Assembly: GCA_964035575.1 (NCBI GenBank)
Contig: OZ037837.1
Span: forward strand, 1,116,001 to 1,180,000
DNA from: Rhynchopus sp. YZ270_cl-10
Taxonomy: Eukaryota
DNA: 64,000 bases
Direction: 5' to 3'
Shown: one piece after another, positions 45,653-58,347 of the stretch
Layout: every line of letters begins with the position of its first letter
Numbering within the stretch: the stretch's first letter is position 1
Notes under the pieces: generated by a model
Told to the model about the DNA's origin: nothing
The model's input: the letters and a program-made list of their open reading frames with translations, nothing else
The model's database searches: none
Translations under genes and position numbers: made by a program

Positions 45653-47868
45653 CCTTTTTTTGATAACGTACGTCACGTAACTAGGGTGATTGAAGTGGGC
45701 CTGGGCCCATTTTTCACTTTTTACCACCGATTTAAAGCAATCACCACCGATCACCTACCGACCACCATCGATCACCGCAGACCAAATTGTGCCGCTCTTC
45801 AGGTATGTTTTTGTGCACCCATTTTGCACACACACCTCACGGACCGTATCCTGGGTTTGCCTTATCGCCAATACTCATGAGTTTTTGACTTTGTCTGCTG
45901 AGCCTCCAGCATCTCCTCCTCCTCCCCCTCCCCCCCCTCCTCCCCCTTTCTCCGCATCATCTCTCCCCTGCCTTCCCTTTCTTCGAAGAAGCTAAAGCCT
46001 TATTACGCTAAACACTTCTGGCACTCCCTTTTGCACACGGTTTGCTGCTTCCAATCACCGTCACGACCCTTCAGGAGTCTTCTTTAGGTAGCGTGCGCAC
46101 CCTTTTTTGTTGCAATATTCCAACGCACCACTGCACCTATGATACGCTGAGGCTCCGCACGCACTGTTTCCTCGATGCGCATCCTTAGCCCCCCCTTGTC
46201 GTCCGTCTCCTCCGGATCCCGCATCTCTTCAGATGCCTTTGTACGACAGGTCCATTTTCTTGAGAAGAACAGCACAGTGGCTGCCTTGTGGTCGCCCAAC
46301 CAAGAGGAAAGCACGCTTGCGAGAATCCACAAAAAAAATAAAATAAAATGGAATGTCCTCCTTAAAGAAGCTGAATATGCCGTATTTTTGCTGCCCAGGC
46401 ACCGCTTGGGGCACCTTCAGTGTGTATATTCTGTCATCTTATTTTATGGTTCTGGAGGGGTCCCACGAAGGCCTGTCCATTTGTTACAATTGCATCACCG
46501 TCACGACCCTGCGGGGTCTTCTTTTGGGTGGCGTGCAGGGGTCTTCTTTTGGGTGGCGTGTGCACCCCCCCTTTTTTTTTTTCAATGTGCAATATTCCGA
46601 GCACGAATACTGGTTTCAATACACACAACACTTCTTTCAGGTTCGATAAGCCGGAAACATGAAGGCTGCACCACAGAGGCCTGGTATTTGCAATGGAAGT
46701 GACCACACATTCTGGAGACACTAAGTTGGCGCACCTCAACTCAAGTGCCAGCAACTGTACACAGAAATCGCCCTTTGCTAACAATGACTGCCGATCATCA
46801 CCGACCACCAGGGATCACCACCAAGGTCAACGTCACTCAGCCTAGTAATGCGGAAAAATATACGTAAAAAAAGTGGCGTACCTTCTACATCCCTCTGAGA
46901 GGAGTAAATTTTTTTTTTAAAGTGGGTGTTTTTCGCCAACAAAAACGAAAAACAAAACAATAACGCGAAGACCTGTTCGACAAGTAAACTTCACAAACGT
47001 TTTCCCCTCCATCCCTCATATTTTGATACTAACTCGCCGTGTGCGCTGTGCTCCACCCATACCCACACAGCACAACGGACGTCCACGAAACGGAGATAGG
47101 GAGTAGCGACGGCTGTGCAGACACCTTTGCATTGGTTGGGTGTATTCCAGACCAGCAATAGCTGCAGTGCAGCTGCACTAATGCAGACAAGATGGCAATG
47201 GTGCACCGCCTTTGTGCTTGAGATGAGCATTGTGTCGATAACTGTGCTTTTGCACACATTCACTTTATGCAAGCCAAGTTCTTCGCAACCATGTGGATAG
47301 GGTGTGAAGAGGGTGTGCAAGGCTTAAAGACATCGCAAAGCAACAAAGCACTTCGCATGGTCGAGTGGTACATTGTCTGCTTCTCGGCCGTCGTTGTGGT
47401 GATGCTGGGGTGGAACAGGGACGTGCCCAGCCATGGGGTGCTTTCGTGCATTTGTCTGGCACCTCGGCTTGCCGTGGTTGCAGCACGAGAGCACCTTTGG
47501 CGTTCTTGCTGGGGTGGGTGGGGTGGGGTGCGCTGGTGTGGGGTGCCTATCTTGGGTGGTGTTTTTATTCAGTGTGTGGGTTCACTTTCGCGACATGGCA
47601 CTGTGTCGTCTGTGTCTCTCAGGCAGGTGGCAGCTGTGCACATCTCCCCACTTACCCTGGGAGTGGTAGAGGGGCAGCGGGGTGTGTGGGAGGAGGGGGA
47701 GAGGCAGTGGGTGGGATCGCAGCAGCGGTTGTGCATGCTTCGGAGGAGGCAACCGATGCACGACACGGCCAACGATAGGTGGCAAGTGAAATGACAAGCG
47801 ATTCACTTGTCAATGGCAGATAATATCACACTCACAATCCACACACAGATCTCAGAAAACACAGAAAA

Positions 47869-49608
47869 ATGAAGCGTTCCTCCGTGAGTGAGTCCCCCAC
47901 CACAAAGAAGTCCCGGGTAGACAGCCCTGCACCCTCCCACCTCTCCGAAACACACAACATGGTGCCTGACACGCAGCCACAGATGCCGAGCTGTGAGAAC
48001 TGTGGCGTGCCTGCACAGCTGCAGTGCGGGATGTGCGTGGAGCTGTTCTTCTGCGACAAGCCTGCATGCTATGACGCTTGCCACACAAGGCCACGTGACC
48101 GTGAGGCACATCGCGCTTCTGTGACTGCGTTCGGGACATCGTCGAAGTGTGCACATCACCCAGGCCAAGAGCTGTCCCTCGTCTGTGAAGACCCTGCGTG
48201 TGGAGACGCGTTGATCTGCATGCATTGTGCTTACTTCGGACATACGGGACACAAGACAGTTGACATCACAAACTACATGAAACGCCAGTGCAACATCCTC
48301 TGCTCACACGTGTCAGACCTGACAACTCAGCGGACTGCTGCAAAGGAGAAGTGCCGTGTGCTTGAGGCACTCCCACCCACGGAGGACAGGTACAAAGACC
48401 TTCTCCTGCAGACAAACGTCGAGCACCTTGTGATGCGTGAGGATGTGTCGCGCAACGAAGTCATGTGTGAGGAGGAGTTGGCACGGAGCTTCCTCACACA
48501 GGCACTCAGTCGTGAAGGGGAGGTGTGTGCACTGAAGACGTTTGTTGCGAAGGCAGGACACGTGATTGCTGAGTGCGAGGCGGTGTGCCAGCTTGGGGAC
48601 GACCAGGTGTTGCGTGCGGTCACAGAGTCGCAGGTTGTTGTGCGAAGCATCAACAGCATGGCAGCGAGTGGAGACCGCCACCGCCTTGTGGGTGCTGCAC
48701 ACCCACACACAACGTTTTCCCTGAAGCTGCCTGTTTCGAACGTGCACGACGCCCTTGCCCAGATGTCTGCGATTGTTGTGCCTGTCCTTGTGCAGGGGTT
48801 GGATGGAGTGGAACACGAGATTGAGGTGAGTGTGGATGACACGGGCAGGGACTTGCGTCGGAAGGTGGCGTCTGCAGTGGGGTTGCGTGAAGACTGCTTC
48901 GACATGACTTTCGGAGATGAAGTGATTGCAGAAGGAGAGGACGTGGTGCAGCTGAGGGGTCACAGGGTTGTTGTAACGCAGGTCAGCACACAGCAGAGAA
49001 AGCAGGATGCTATTGCAGCACTAGTTGCGTTCGGTGAGACAACACTTACAGCTGAAAGGTTGAAGCAGGTGACTGATGAAGGCAATCTGACGGTGGCTTG
49101 CTTGCTCCTGCAGGCAGGAGCTGCGACTGCGATTCCAGACAACTTCTTCTCGAAAACTGCAGTGCCGTGGATGGATCTCAGTCATGCGTCTGCTGTGACT
49201 GTGATTGGGAACGAGGTACTTTATGACTGCACAGCTTTGACGAACCTCGACCTGAGTGGCTTGCAATCTGTCACCAGGATTGGGTACAGGTTCCTCCGTG
49301 GGTGCACAGCATTGTCGACAGTTGACTTGAGTGGATTGCAAGCTGTCACCAGCATTGGGAACGCGTTCCTCTGGGGGTGCACATCATTGTCGACAGTTGA
49401 TTTGAGTGGATTACAACGTGTCACCTCGATTGGGGACTGGTTCCTCTGCAAGTGCACATCATTGTTGACAGTTGATTTGAGTGGATTCCAAGGTGTCACC
49501 AGTGTTGGACACTACTTCCTCAAGGATTGCACATCATTGAAGACCTTGCACGGAAAGGACAAGTGCAGCAATGCTGTACTCATGAAGCTACCACAACACT
49601 TACGCTAG
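47869..49608 (+). CDS. B-box1/B-box2/coiled-coil + UBL + LRR protein (579 aa)
   Basis: N-terminal KR...KKSR, two B-box-like motifs, UBL-like VLVQGLDGVEHEIEVSVDDTGRDLRRKVA..., LRRs. Confidence 0.9.
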   Translation: MKRSSVSESPTTKKSRVDSPAPSHLSETHNMVPDTQPQMPSCENCGVPAQLQCGMCVELFFCDKPACYDACHTRPRDREAHRASVTAFGTSSKCAHHPGQELSLVCEDPACGDALICMHCAYFGHTGHKTVDITNYMKRQCNILCSHVSDLTTQRTAAKEKCRVLEALPPTEDRYKDLLLQTNVEHLVMREDVSRNEVMCEEELARSFLTQALSREGEVCALKTFVAKAGHVIAECEAVCQLGDDQVLRAVTESQVVVRSINSMAASGDRHRLVGAAHPHTTFSLKLPVSNVHDALAQMSAIVVPVLVQGLDGVEHEIEVSVDDTGRDLRRKVASAVGLREDCFDMTFGDEVIAEGEDVVQLRGHRVVVTQVSTQQRKQDAIAALVAFGETTLTAERLKQVTDEGNLTVACLLLQAGAATAIPDNFFSKTAVPWMDLSHASAVTVIGNEVLYDCTALTNLDLSGLQSVTRIGYRFLRGCTALSTVDLSGLQAVTSIGNAFLWGCTSLSTVDLSGLQRVTSIGDWFLCKCTSLLTVDLSGFQGVTSVGHYFLKDCTSLKTLHGKDKCSNAVLMKLPQHLR

Positions 49609-50450
49609 TGACAGCAAGTAAGCGTTCACTTTTTAGCAGTTGTTGTTGTGCATCTTCACCCCTCGCACTGTGTGGTCAGCTGCACGACGGCTGCTCTGCA
49701 CTGTGCTGAGGTGTGCTTCTTTATTATTTTTGGGAGGTGGTGACAGAGTGAGGTGGGGTTTGTTGGGATGAGCCATACGAAACAATTGGGAGGATTTGAG
49801 AGGGTTGGCTGGGTGTTGTGAACAACAGAGCATTTCTTTGGGGTTTGGGTGAGGGAAGGTGAGGGTGGGGTCCTTCTTAGGATCAGAAGTGTGTCCACTA
49901 AATTAGTTTTTTTTCCTCTTGAGTTTTGGATGTTTGGAACACTGCTGCTTAAGAGGTTGCGTATACATTAGTATTTCCAGTCAAAAACACCACAATTTCA
50001 TCCGAAGTTGGGTTTTCAGACCGAAATGACCTTTGTTTACGAGTTTAGGTTCATATTTTGTGGAAATTTAAGTCACTGGCATTTTGTCCATTGTTCCGTA
50101 TACCCCCCACCACAAGCCGGGATGGCTCGGAAATGCAACAAAGCGACCTCTTGGGCGGGAAAAAAACCAGAGGAAGTTTCCTGGCAAAACATAGAGTGTG
50201 AACAAGATAAAACAATAAGCTCGCGTTTCTTTTATCGAACAGATTTTATTCTCCGCCCCGTACCCAAAACGTAAACACCACTTTGAATCAGAAAAAAAAT
50301 ATTTTCAAAGTGCGGCTTCCTGTCTCGATTCTTCCTGAAGTGCACTCTGCTCAGAAGAAACGGTTCTTAGAAAAGACTACAGGCTTGTTGTGTTGTCCTC
50401 CACACCCCACAACCACACACAGAGCTAACACAAAAGCCACGACAAAATAA

Positions 50451-51476
50451 ATGGACGTGCACTTTGAGGATTTCAGAGCGAATCTGCACACAGTCGAGGT
50501 GGATGCAGATGACACAGTGGAGGGCTTGCGGCGGAAGGTGGCGACTGCAGCAGGGTTGGCTGAAGACGGCTTTTGCATGAGTTTCGGGGGCGAAGCGATG
50601 GGAGAAGGAGCGGGCTTGACGCAGCTGAGTGCTGGAGACACAATCGTCCTCACGAAGACGCAGAAGCAAGAAGCCCTTGCAGAGCTTCATGCGTTGGGTG
50701 AGACCGATATCACACCGGAGAGGCTGGAGACTGTGGAGGATCCTGTGGTGGCGTGTTTGCTTCTGCAGGCGGAGGTTGCGACTGTCATTCCGTATTGCTT
50801 TTTGGCAGACACAACGTTAACAACACTTGATCTCAGTGCTGAGTCCATTGTGACTCACATTAGAGACAGGTTCCTGTGCAGCTGCACCTCGTTGACAAGT
50901 GTCGACTTGTCTGGGTTGAGCAATGTCACGCAGGTGGGTGCACTCTTCCTTGGGTTCTGCACCAGCTTAACTACCCTGGATTTGGCACCACTCCGCAATA
51001 TGACGCAGATTGACAACAACTTTCTTTTCGGCTGCAAGAGCTTAACCAACGTCGATTTATCCCCACTCAGCAATGTGACGCAGGTTGGTATGCAGTTCCT
51101 GGGGAACTGCCCCAGTTTAGCGACCCTTGATTTGTCGCCACTCAGCAAGGTGACGCAAGTTGGTTCATACTTCCTCGAGGCGTGCAGCAGTTTAACGACC
51201 CTCAATTTATCACCACTCAGCAATGTGACGCGGGTGGAAGCGCACTTCCTGACAAATTGTAGCAGCTTAACTACTCTGGATTTGTCCCCACTGAGCAGGA
51301 TTACGTATTTTGGTCAGGATTGGAGTGGGACGAATTTTGCTGCTGGCTGCACTTCGTTGACGAGCATTTACCTTTCGGGATGCAGCAGTGTTGTGTCTGA
51401 CGAAGTGAGGAAGTGCGAGCTGAGGCATCTTGTGGTTGGTGAAGAAGGCCAAGAAGCTGAGGGAGCTTGTGGTTGA
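50451..51476 (+). CDS. Divergent UBL-LRR protein copy F; basic C-terminal tail displaced out of frame (to 51546)
   Basis: 341-aa ORF; ~37-bp imperfect duplication at ~51405-51475 stops the frame before ARPKRSRDESPEESQKRQRHAQ*. Confidence 0.8.
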   Translation: MDVHFEDFRANLHTVEVDADDTVEGLRRKVATAAGLAEDGFCMSFGGEAMGEGAGLTQLSAGDTIVLTKTQKQEALAELHALGETDITPERLETVEDPVVACLLLQAEVATVIPYCFLADTTLTTLDLSAESIVTHIRDRFLCSCTSLTSVDLSGLSNVTQVGALFLGFCTSLTTLDLAPLRNMTQIDNNFLFGCKSLTNVDLSPLSNVTQVGMQFLGNCPSLATLDLSPLSKVTQVGSYFLEACSSLTTLNLSPLSNVTRVEAHFLTNCSSLTTLDLSPLSRITYFGQDWSGTNFAAGCTSLTSIYLSGCSSVVSDEVRKCELRHLVVGEEGQEAEGACG

Positions 51477-52291
51477 AGCACGTCCAAAACGAAGCAGAGA
51501 CGAATCCCCCGAGGAAAGCCAGAAGCGACAGAGACACGCACAATGACAGCACCCATATCCCGACCACCCAGAAAACCCCGGGCAGTTCCGAGCCAATCCC
51601 ATGACTGACACGCTGGAGAGGCCCTGGCCAAGCATGGAGTGTTAGGGTAAATATATACGCTGCACAGATAGATCAGAGACCCCACCCGATATGTTTTCAC
51701 TTTACTCTTTTGTGTTCCGCCTCCTACACCCCCATTTTCTATACTTCAGGCAATAATCACAATCATCACACTCTGACACAATCCGCGTGTACTGGAAACA
51801 ATCAATTTGAAAAGTGGAAGCGTGCAACGCAACAACTGTCGAGATCTGATCAAGCGGAACGGATACATTCTTTTTGTACGAGTATGCAATACGTCTGTAA
51901 ATGAAAGATGTTCACGTGATGACGCGCTGGGAAGTGACCCGCCGCCTGGCCAACATCACCAAGGCAGAAGCTGCCTACGAAGGTATTGTGGTGCTGATGG
52001 GAGAGGGGAAGCCGGTGGCTGGCCGTGGGGTGCTTTCGTGCATTTGTCTGGCACCTCAGCTTGCCTGTGGTTGCAGCACGAGAGCACCTTTGGCGTTCTT
52101 CCTTGCGTGGGGTGGGTGGAGACAGCGGAGAGTGTCCTATGGGAGGCACTGCATCTTGCAGCAGGGCTGGGATGGCGGCACTCAGGTGCGTGATGGGGTT
52201 GGGTTTTGAAGGTGGGGGTTGGGGGGAATGGACAAACCTGTGCAATGTGGTGAAGGCTGCACAGCCCTGTACGCTATGGGCGCCTCCTATC

Positions 52292-52378
52292 GCCGTGATG
52301 ATATCAACTGGTGTTGGTTGCAGACTTCAAATCTGTAGGCGGGGTGACCCGCAGCGGTTCGATTCCGCCTTCGCGGTG
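52292..52378 (+). tRNA. tRNA-Sec: tRNA-Sec (UCA), second copy
   Basis: Same 87-nt sequence as 16516-16602, followed by CTTTTCTTTT. Confidence 0.92.
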
Positions 52379-53802
52379 CTTTTCTTTTCCCTCAAAAGTG
52401 GTCCGTTTTTGTGCCAAGACCCAACACCTTTGCACCCCTCTGGGAGCGATCTGTCAAAAGAAGGCCGAAAAACGGTGTTTTGAGCAGTTTGAAGCACTTT
52501 CCTGTTTTTCCTGCTAAAACCTCACTTTTCCCTTTGCCATATGGCGATAATGGGCGATACTAGGGAACCTGCACTCACCATTTGACCTGTTCGGAGCTCC
52601 TTGGCGTTCACCTTCATCTAGAAGCACGCCGCATAGCTTCGACTACGTGTGGAGCTTCCGACACAACTGTGTCCTGCACCTCTATACACTTTGCACAGAG
52701 GTGCTGGCACATCTTATAGTGCAGCGTCTGTGGGCTATGGGCTTTACAATGCCTTCATTTCGGTTGCGTCACCCTTTTCACGACGAAACTTGCTGGTCAG
52801 AAGTGAATCATTCACCCAAAAAGGTTATTTCTAAGAAAGCCACAACGTTCTGCTTTCTGTTTGGTGGCTGCGCATTACCTATGCATTTTTGGGAACCCTG
52901 GACACATTGCCACAGCCACTTACACAAGAAGTCGAGCGCTGTGCAGGCAGGTCAGCTGTTGACCATAAAGCGCGTCTGACCCTTCCAGTGCGGCAGGGGG
53001 GAGGAAGGGTTTGAGACAGTGGCTCTTTGTTCTAGCCTTCGTGTGCAGGGGAGGTGTTGGTTCAAGCAACGTAGGTATTCCTTGTTCCTTCGAGGGATGC
53101 AAGGGCGACGAGGCGGAACTGGAACGAAAAATCCAATAAAGGAGGGAAAAGGCACAGTCAGCCCAGAGCCACTCAATGCCCTCTGGGGGCACGGTGCACT
53201 GGGTGGGCTGGTGGGCGGGATCGCAGGAGGGAGACGTCGTTGTCGGAGGACACAGGTGCAGGGCACGTTGTGTGGTAGTGCAGCACGACTGGTTCTGGCT
53301 CGATGTGCAGTGTGTTGTCGTTGTGATGCTGGGGTGGAACAGGGACGTGCCCAGCCATGGGGTGCTTTCGTGCATTTGTCTGGCACCTCGGCTTGCCGTG
53401 GTTGCAGCACGAGAGCACCTTTGGCGTTCTTGCTGGGGTCGGTGGGGTGGGGTGCGCTGGTGTGGGGTGCCTATCTTGGGTGGTGTTTTTATTCAGTGTG
53501 TGGGTTCACTTTCGCGACATGGCACTGTGCCGTCTGTGTCTCTCAGGCAGGTGGCAGCTGTGCACATCTCCCCACTTACCCTGGGAGTGGTAGAGGGGCA
53601 GCGGGGTGTGTGGGAGGAGGGGGAGAGGCAGTGGGTGGGGGTGGGATCGCAGCAGCGGTTGTGCATGCTTCGGAGGAGGCAACCGATGCACGACACGGCC
53701 AACGATAGGTGGCAAGTGAAATGACAAGCGAGTCACTTGTTAATGACAGACAATATTACACTCACAATCCACACACACACAGATCTCAAAAAACACAGAA
53801 AA

Positions 53803-55743
53803 ATGAAGCGTTCCTCCGTGAGTGAGTCCCCCACCACAAAGAAGTCCCGGGTGGACGGTCCTGCACCCTCCCACCTCTCCGAAACACACAACATGGCGCC
53901 TGACACGCAGCCCACCGCACCACAGATGCAGAGCTGTGAGAACTGTGGCGTGCCTGCACAGCTGCAGTGCGGGATCTGCACGGAGCTGTTCTTCTGCGAC
54001 AAGCCTGCGTGCTATGAAGTGTTCCACTCATCTTTATCAAGGCCACGTGACCGTGAGGCACATCGCGCTTCTGTGACTGCGTTCGGGACGTCGTCGAAGT
54101 GTGCACATCATCCAGGCCAAGAGCTGTGCGTCGTCTGTGAAGACCCTGCGTGTGGAGACGCGTTGATCTGCATGCGTTGTGCTTACTTCGGACACACGGG
54201 ACACAAGACAGTCGACATCACGGACTACATGAAACGCCAGTGCAACATCCTCCACTCACACGTGTCAGACCTGACAACACAGCGGACTGCTGCAAAGGAG
54301 AAGTGCCGTGTGCTTGAGGCACTCCCACCCACAGAGGACAGATACAAAGACCTTCTCCTGCAGACAAACGTCGGGCACTTCGTGATGCGTGAGGATGTGT
54401 CGCGCAACGAAGTCGTGTGTGAGGAGGAGTTGGCACGGAGCTTCCTCACACAGGCACTCAGTCGTGAAGGGGAGGTGTGTGCACTGAAGACGTTTGTTGC
54501 GAAAGCAGGACACATGATTGCTGAGTGCGAGGCGGTGTGCCAGCTTGGGGACGACCAGGTGTTGCGTGCGGTTACAGAGTCGCAGGTTGTTGTGCGGAGC
54601 ATCAACAACGTGGCAGCGAGTGGAGACCGCCACCGTCTTGTGGGTGCTGCAGGCCGACACGCAACGTTTTCCCTGGATCTTCCTGTTTCACACGTGCACA
54701 ACTCCCTTACCCAGTTGTCGGCGCTTGTTGTGCCTGTCCTTGTGCAGGGGTTGGATGGAGTGGAACACGAGATTGAGGTGAGTGTGTATGACACGGGCAG
54801 GTACCTGCTTCGGAAGGTGGCGTCTGTAGTGGGGTTGCGTGAAGGCTGCTTCGACATAACTTTCAGAGGTGCAGTGATTGCAGAAGGAGAGGACGTGGTG
54901 CAGCTGAGGGGTCACAGGGTTGTTGTAACGCTGACCGAGACAGAGAGGAGGAAGCAGGATGCCATTGCAGCACTTCGTGCGTTGGGTGAGACAACACTTA
55001 CATCACAAAGGTTGGGGCAGGTGACTGATCCGAAGGTGGCTTGCTTGCTCCTGCAGGCAGGAGTTGCGACTGCGATTCCAGACAACTTCTTCTCGAGTAC
55101 TGCAGTGACGTGCATTGATCTCAGTCATGCGTCTGCTGTGACTGCGATTGGGATGCAGGTACTTTATGGCTGCAGATCTTTGACGAAACTCGACCTGAGT
55201 GGATTACAACGTGTCACCTTGATTGGGCACTCGTTCCTCCACGGGTGCACAGCATTGTCTACAGTTGATCTGAGTGGATTACAAGCTGTCAACTCGCTTG
55301 GCAGTACGTTCCTCGCAGGGTGCACATCATTGTCGACACTTGATCTGAGTGGATTACAAGCTGTCACCTCGATTGGTGACTCGTTCCTCAAGGATTGCAC
55401 ATCATTGTCAACGATTGACCTGAGTGGATTGCAAGCTGTCAACTCGCTTGGCAGTACGTTCCTCGCAGGGTGCACATCATTGTCGACAGTTGATTTGAGT
55501 GGATTACAAGCTGTCACCTCGATTGGTGGCTCGTTCCTCCACGGGTGCACATCATTGTTGACAGTTGATTTGAGTGGATTACAACGTGTCACCAGTGTTG
55601 GGCACTGTCAAGGGTATCACCATCAAGGGTACTATCAAAGTGGGCACTATTTCCTCGGTGGGTGCACATCATTGAAGACCTTGCACGGAAAGGACAAGTG
55701 CAGCAATGCTGTACTCAGCGTGCTACCACAACACTTACGCTAG
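53803..55743 (+). CDS. B-box1/B-box2/coiled-coil + UBL + LRR protein (646 aa)
   Basis: Paralog of 47869-49608 with extra LRR units and a 14-aa insertion near the C-terminus. Confidence 0.9.
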   Translation: MKRSSVSESPTTKKSRVDGPAPSHLSETHNMAPDTQPTAPQMQSCENCGVPAQLQCGICTELFFCDKPACYEVFHSSLSRPRDREAHRASVTAFGTSSKCAHHPGQELCVVCEDPACGDALICMRCAYFGHTGHKTVDITDYMKRQCNILHSHVSDLTTQRTAAKEKCRVLEALPPTEDRYKDLLLQTNVGHFVMREDVSRNEVVCEEELARSFLTQALSREGEVCALKTFVAKAGHMIAECEAVCQLGDDQVLRAVTESQVVVRSINNVAASGDRHRLVGAAGRHATFSLDLPVSHVHNSLTQLSALVVPVLVQGLDGVEHEIEVSVYDTGRYLLRKVASVVGLREGCFDITFRGAVIAEGEDVVQLRGHRVVVTLTETERRKQDAIAALRALGETTLTSQRLGQVTDPKVACLLLQAGVATAIPDNFFSSTAVTCIDLSHASAVTAIGMQVLYGCRSLTKLDLSGLQRVTLIGHSFLHGCTALSTVDLSGLQAVNSLGSTFLAGCTSLSTLDLSGLQAVTSIGDSFLKDCTSLSTIDLSGLQAVNSLGSTFLAGCTSLSTVDLSGLQAVTSIGGSFLHGCTSLLTVDLSGLQRVTSVGHCQGYHHQGYYQSGHYFLGGCTSLKTLHGKDKCSNAVLSVLPQHLR

Positions 55744-58347
55744 TGACAGCAAGTAAGCGTTCACTTTTTCAGCAGTTGTTGTTGTGCATCTTAACCCCTC
55801 GCACTGTGTGGTCAGCTGCACGACGGCTGCTCTGCACTGTGCTGAGGTGTGCTTCTTTATTATTTTTGGGAGGTGGTGACAGAGTGAGGTGGGGTTTGTT
55901 GGGATGAGTCATACGAAACAATTGGGAGGATTTGAGAGGGTTGGCTGGGTGTTGTGAACAACAGAGCATTTCTTTGGGGTTTGGGTGAGGGAAGGTGAGG
56001 GTGGGGTCCTTCTTAGGATCAGAAGTGTGTCCACTAAATTGGTTTTGTTTTCATTTTTGAGTTTTGCTTGGAACACTGCTGTGGGTTTCAAGCAGGTGTT
56101 TTATATCTCTACGGATTCGTGGAGAGCAATGGGTGGGGGGAGTGCACAACAAGGTGGCAAACAAGAGACCAGAGAGCAGCAGTCTTGGGACAGGTGTGTC
56201 GGAGAAAATGGTCTGAGAGCAGGTCAAGGGTCAAAGGGGTTTAGGGAGGAAACGATAACGTGCGAGAGTGGGTATTTTTATTTTATTAGGACAAATACTT
56301 TGTGGTGGGAAATGATTCAAACGTCTGAGACTTTTTGTTTATTCCCCTACTTTTCTATTGTGATTCGCGAATGACGTGGGTAGCGTACCAACTAAACAAC
56401 AAGACGAACGGGGTTTTTATTATTTTAAAGTGACACTTCAAATCACGAATTGTTTTTGGCCTCAAAGAGGTTTCCTCTTCACGGCCAGGTAGTCAAAGGG
56501 AGCGTATCGTTGTAATGACAATATCAACACAGAATATTTATTACACACCGGTGTGTGCGTTTCACCACAACCTCTCCCTTTTGTCTTTTATTGTTTTTAT
56601 TGCTTTATTGTTTGCGGGGGTGGGGGAAAATATTAGTTATATACTCCAGGGAGAAATTGAAGCTTTTTTTCCCCGAGGGGGGTGCAACTCCCAAGGATGT
56701 GTATTTCCCGAGCCGAAGGCGAGGGAAATACGAATCCGAGGGAGTTGGCACCCCCCAAGGGGAAAAATCTTCAATTTCTCCCAGGAGTTTGTAATTTTAT
56801 TGCCTCCAAATAGTGCCGAAAGCCAAAATTTTAGGGGGTTTTGACCCACCGCGTGTGCACATCTGTTGGTGGGTGCTTGGGGTGCCGTACAAAAAGAAAT
56901 GAAGACGAAAACTAGGAGAGGAGGGTCTTTTTATAATATTATGTCTGAATACTTTTGTTAGTGTTTTTTGTTGAGACGGCTGAAGTAACTCCAGATGGTG
57001 TTCGACTTCAATTTCCGCTCTTTGTGCAAGTGATCGAAGTAGCGGTGTAATCTTCTCACGTGGCTTGCGGGACTTGATCTTCGACAATTTCAGAAATCCT
57101 TGCAAAGCAATGTCATGGGTTTCTTTTGTGGGCACCTTCTTCTGAGCATCCTCATAGATATCTGTGTCCTGCTTCTTGCTAGTCCTTGGCATGATCTTGT
57201 GTTTTTGACGTTAAAATCCCTCTGGGAAGTGTTTTTTGGGTGGAAAAAACCTCAAAAACGCGTTTTAGACCCCTAGAAAGGCTCAAAACTGCTCAATTCT
57301 TGCTGGAATTGCAAAATTGGGCACTTTTAGGGGTATGACCAAAAAAATTTTCGAGAGTCTAGTTAGTACGGAGGCGCACCTTAGAAGGCAAAAAATCAAA
57401 AAAAACAGCAGGGAAAAATAGACTTTTTATTCCCTGCCCCTTTTTAGCTGGGGTTCCCGGCTATTTACTATTTATTCCCTGCTCAAATTTACTTTTTTTC
57501 CCTCACCCCAGCCATTTACGGCTAAAAAATGCAGGGAAAAAAACCTACTTTATTTCCTGCCCCCCTAAAGCATTTTGGCTTGAGGCACAATATTTGGAGG
57601 CAATAAAAAAAGGAAAAGTAGGAGTGCGGTTTGAGACAGACAAAGGGAGGTTGTGGTGAAATGACACACCTCTACCTGTCGGTGAAATGTGGCTCTACTC
57701 CAACCCACCCCGGATTAGAAAAATGGAAAAAGGATGGGAGTAGGGTACGGTGTTCAATTTCCTTTTAGCATTGCATGTAATCCAGGCACTCCGCTAGGTA
57801 CTAAAGTTCTGTTGATTGTCAACAGAACTTTTTGAAAATGGGGAAAAAAAGAAAAAAAAAAAAAAGTTCTGCTAAGTGGTTCAGACCCGTTCTACCTGTC
57901 AAAAAAGCTCAGGAGAAGAAGATATGGAGAGGTGAGTGCTCAAACGTCCCAAAAAAGTCAAAATCGGGCGTTGGTAAAAAAAAAAGTTGCGTACCGTGCG
58001 CCTGCGGCGCAAGCATGTACCCCACCAACGTGGACCATCAACAGAATATTTTCAAAATCGGAAATCCTAGCGGAGAGCCTGATGTAATCATAATAAAAAA
58101 AAAACAAAAAGAATCACATCCTAGGGGGATCCTAGCTACAGCAAAGCTCTGTCGGAAAAACTTTTTTTAAATGCCTAAGTACTCGAAACACACGGAAGTG
58201 CTCTGCCTGTCTGCCAGAACACCGTGCATTGGGTGAGTCGGGTGGGTTTAGAAATAGCGTAAGGGTGGTACAGACAGGAGAGGTTCCCACATGTTTTCCC
58301 CAACCCCACAACCCCACCACACAACAGAGCAACACAAAAGAAGACAA

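Noticed and set aside
56797..57192. 131-aa minus-strand ORF
   Set aside because: No recognisable motif; lies in AT-rich, repeat-like DNA; cannot be supported as a gene
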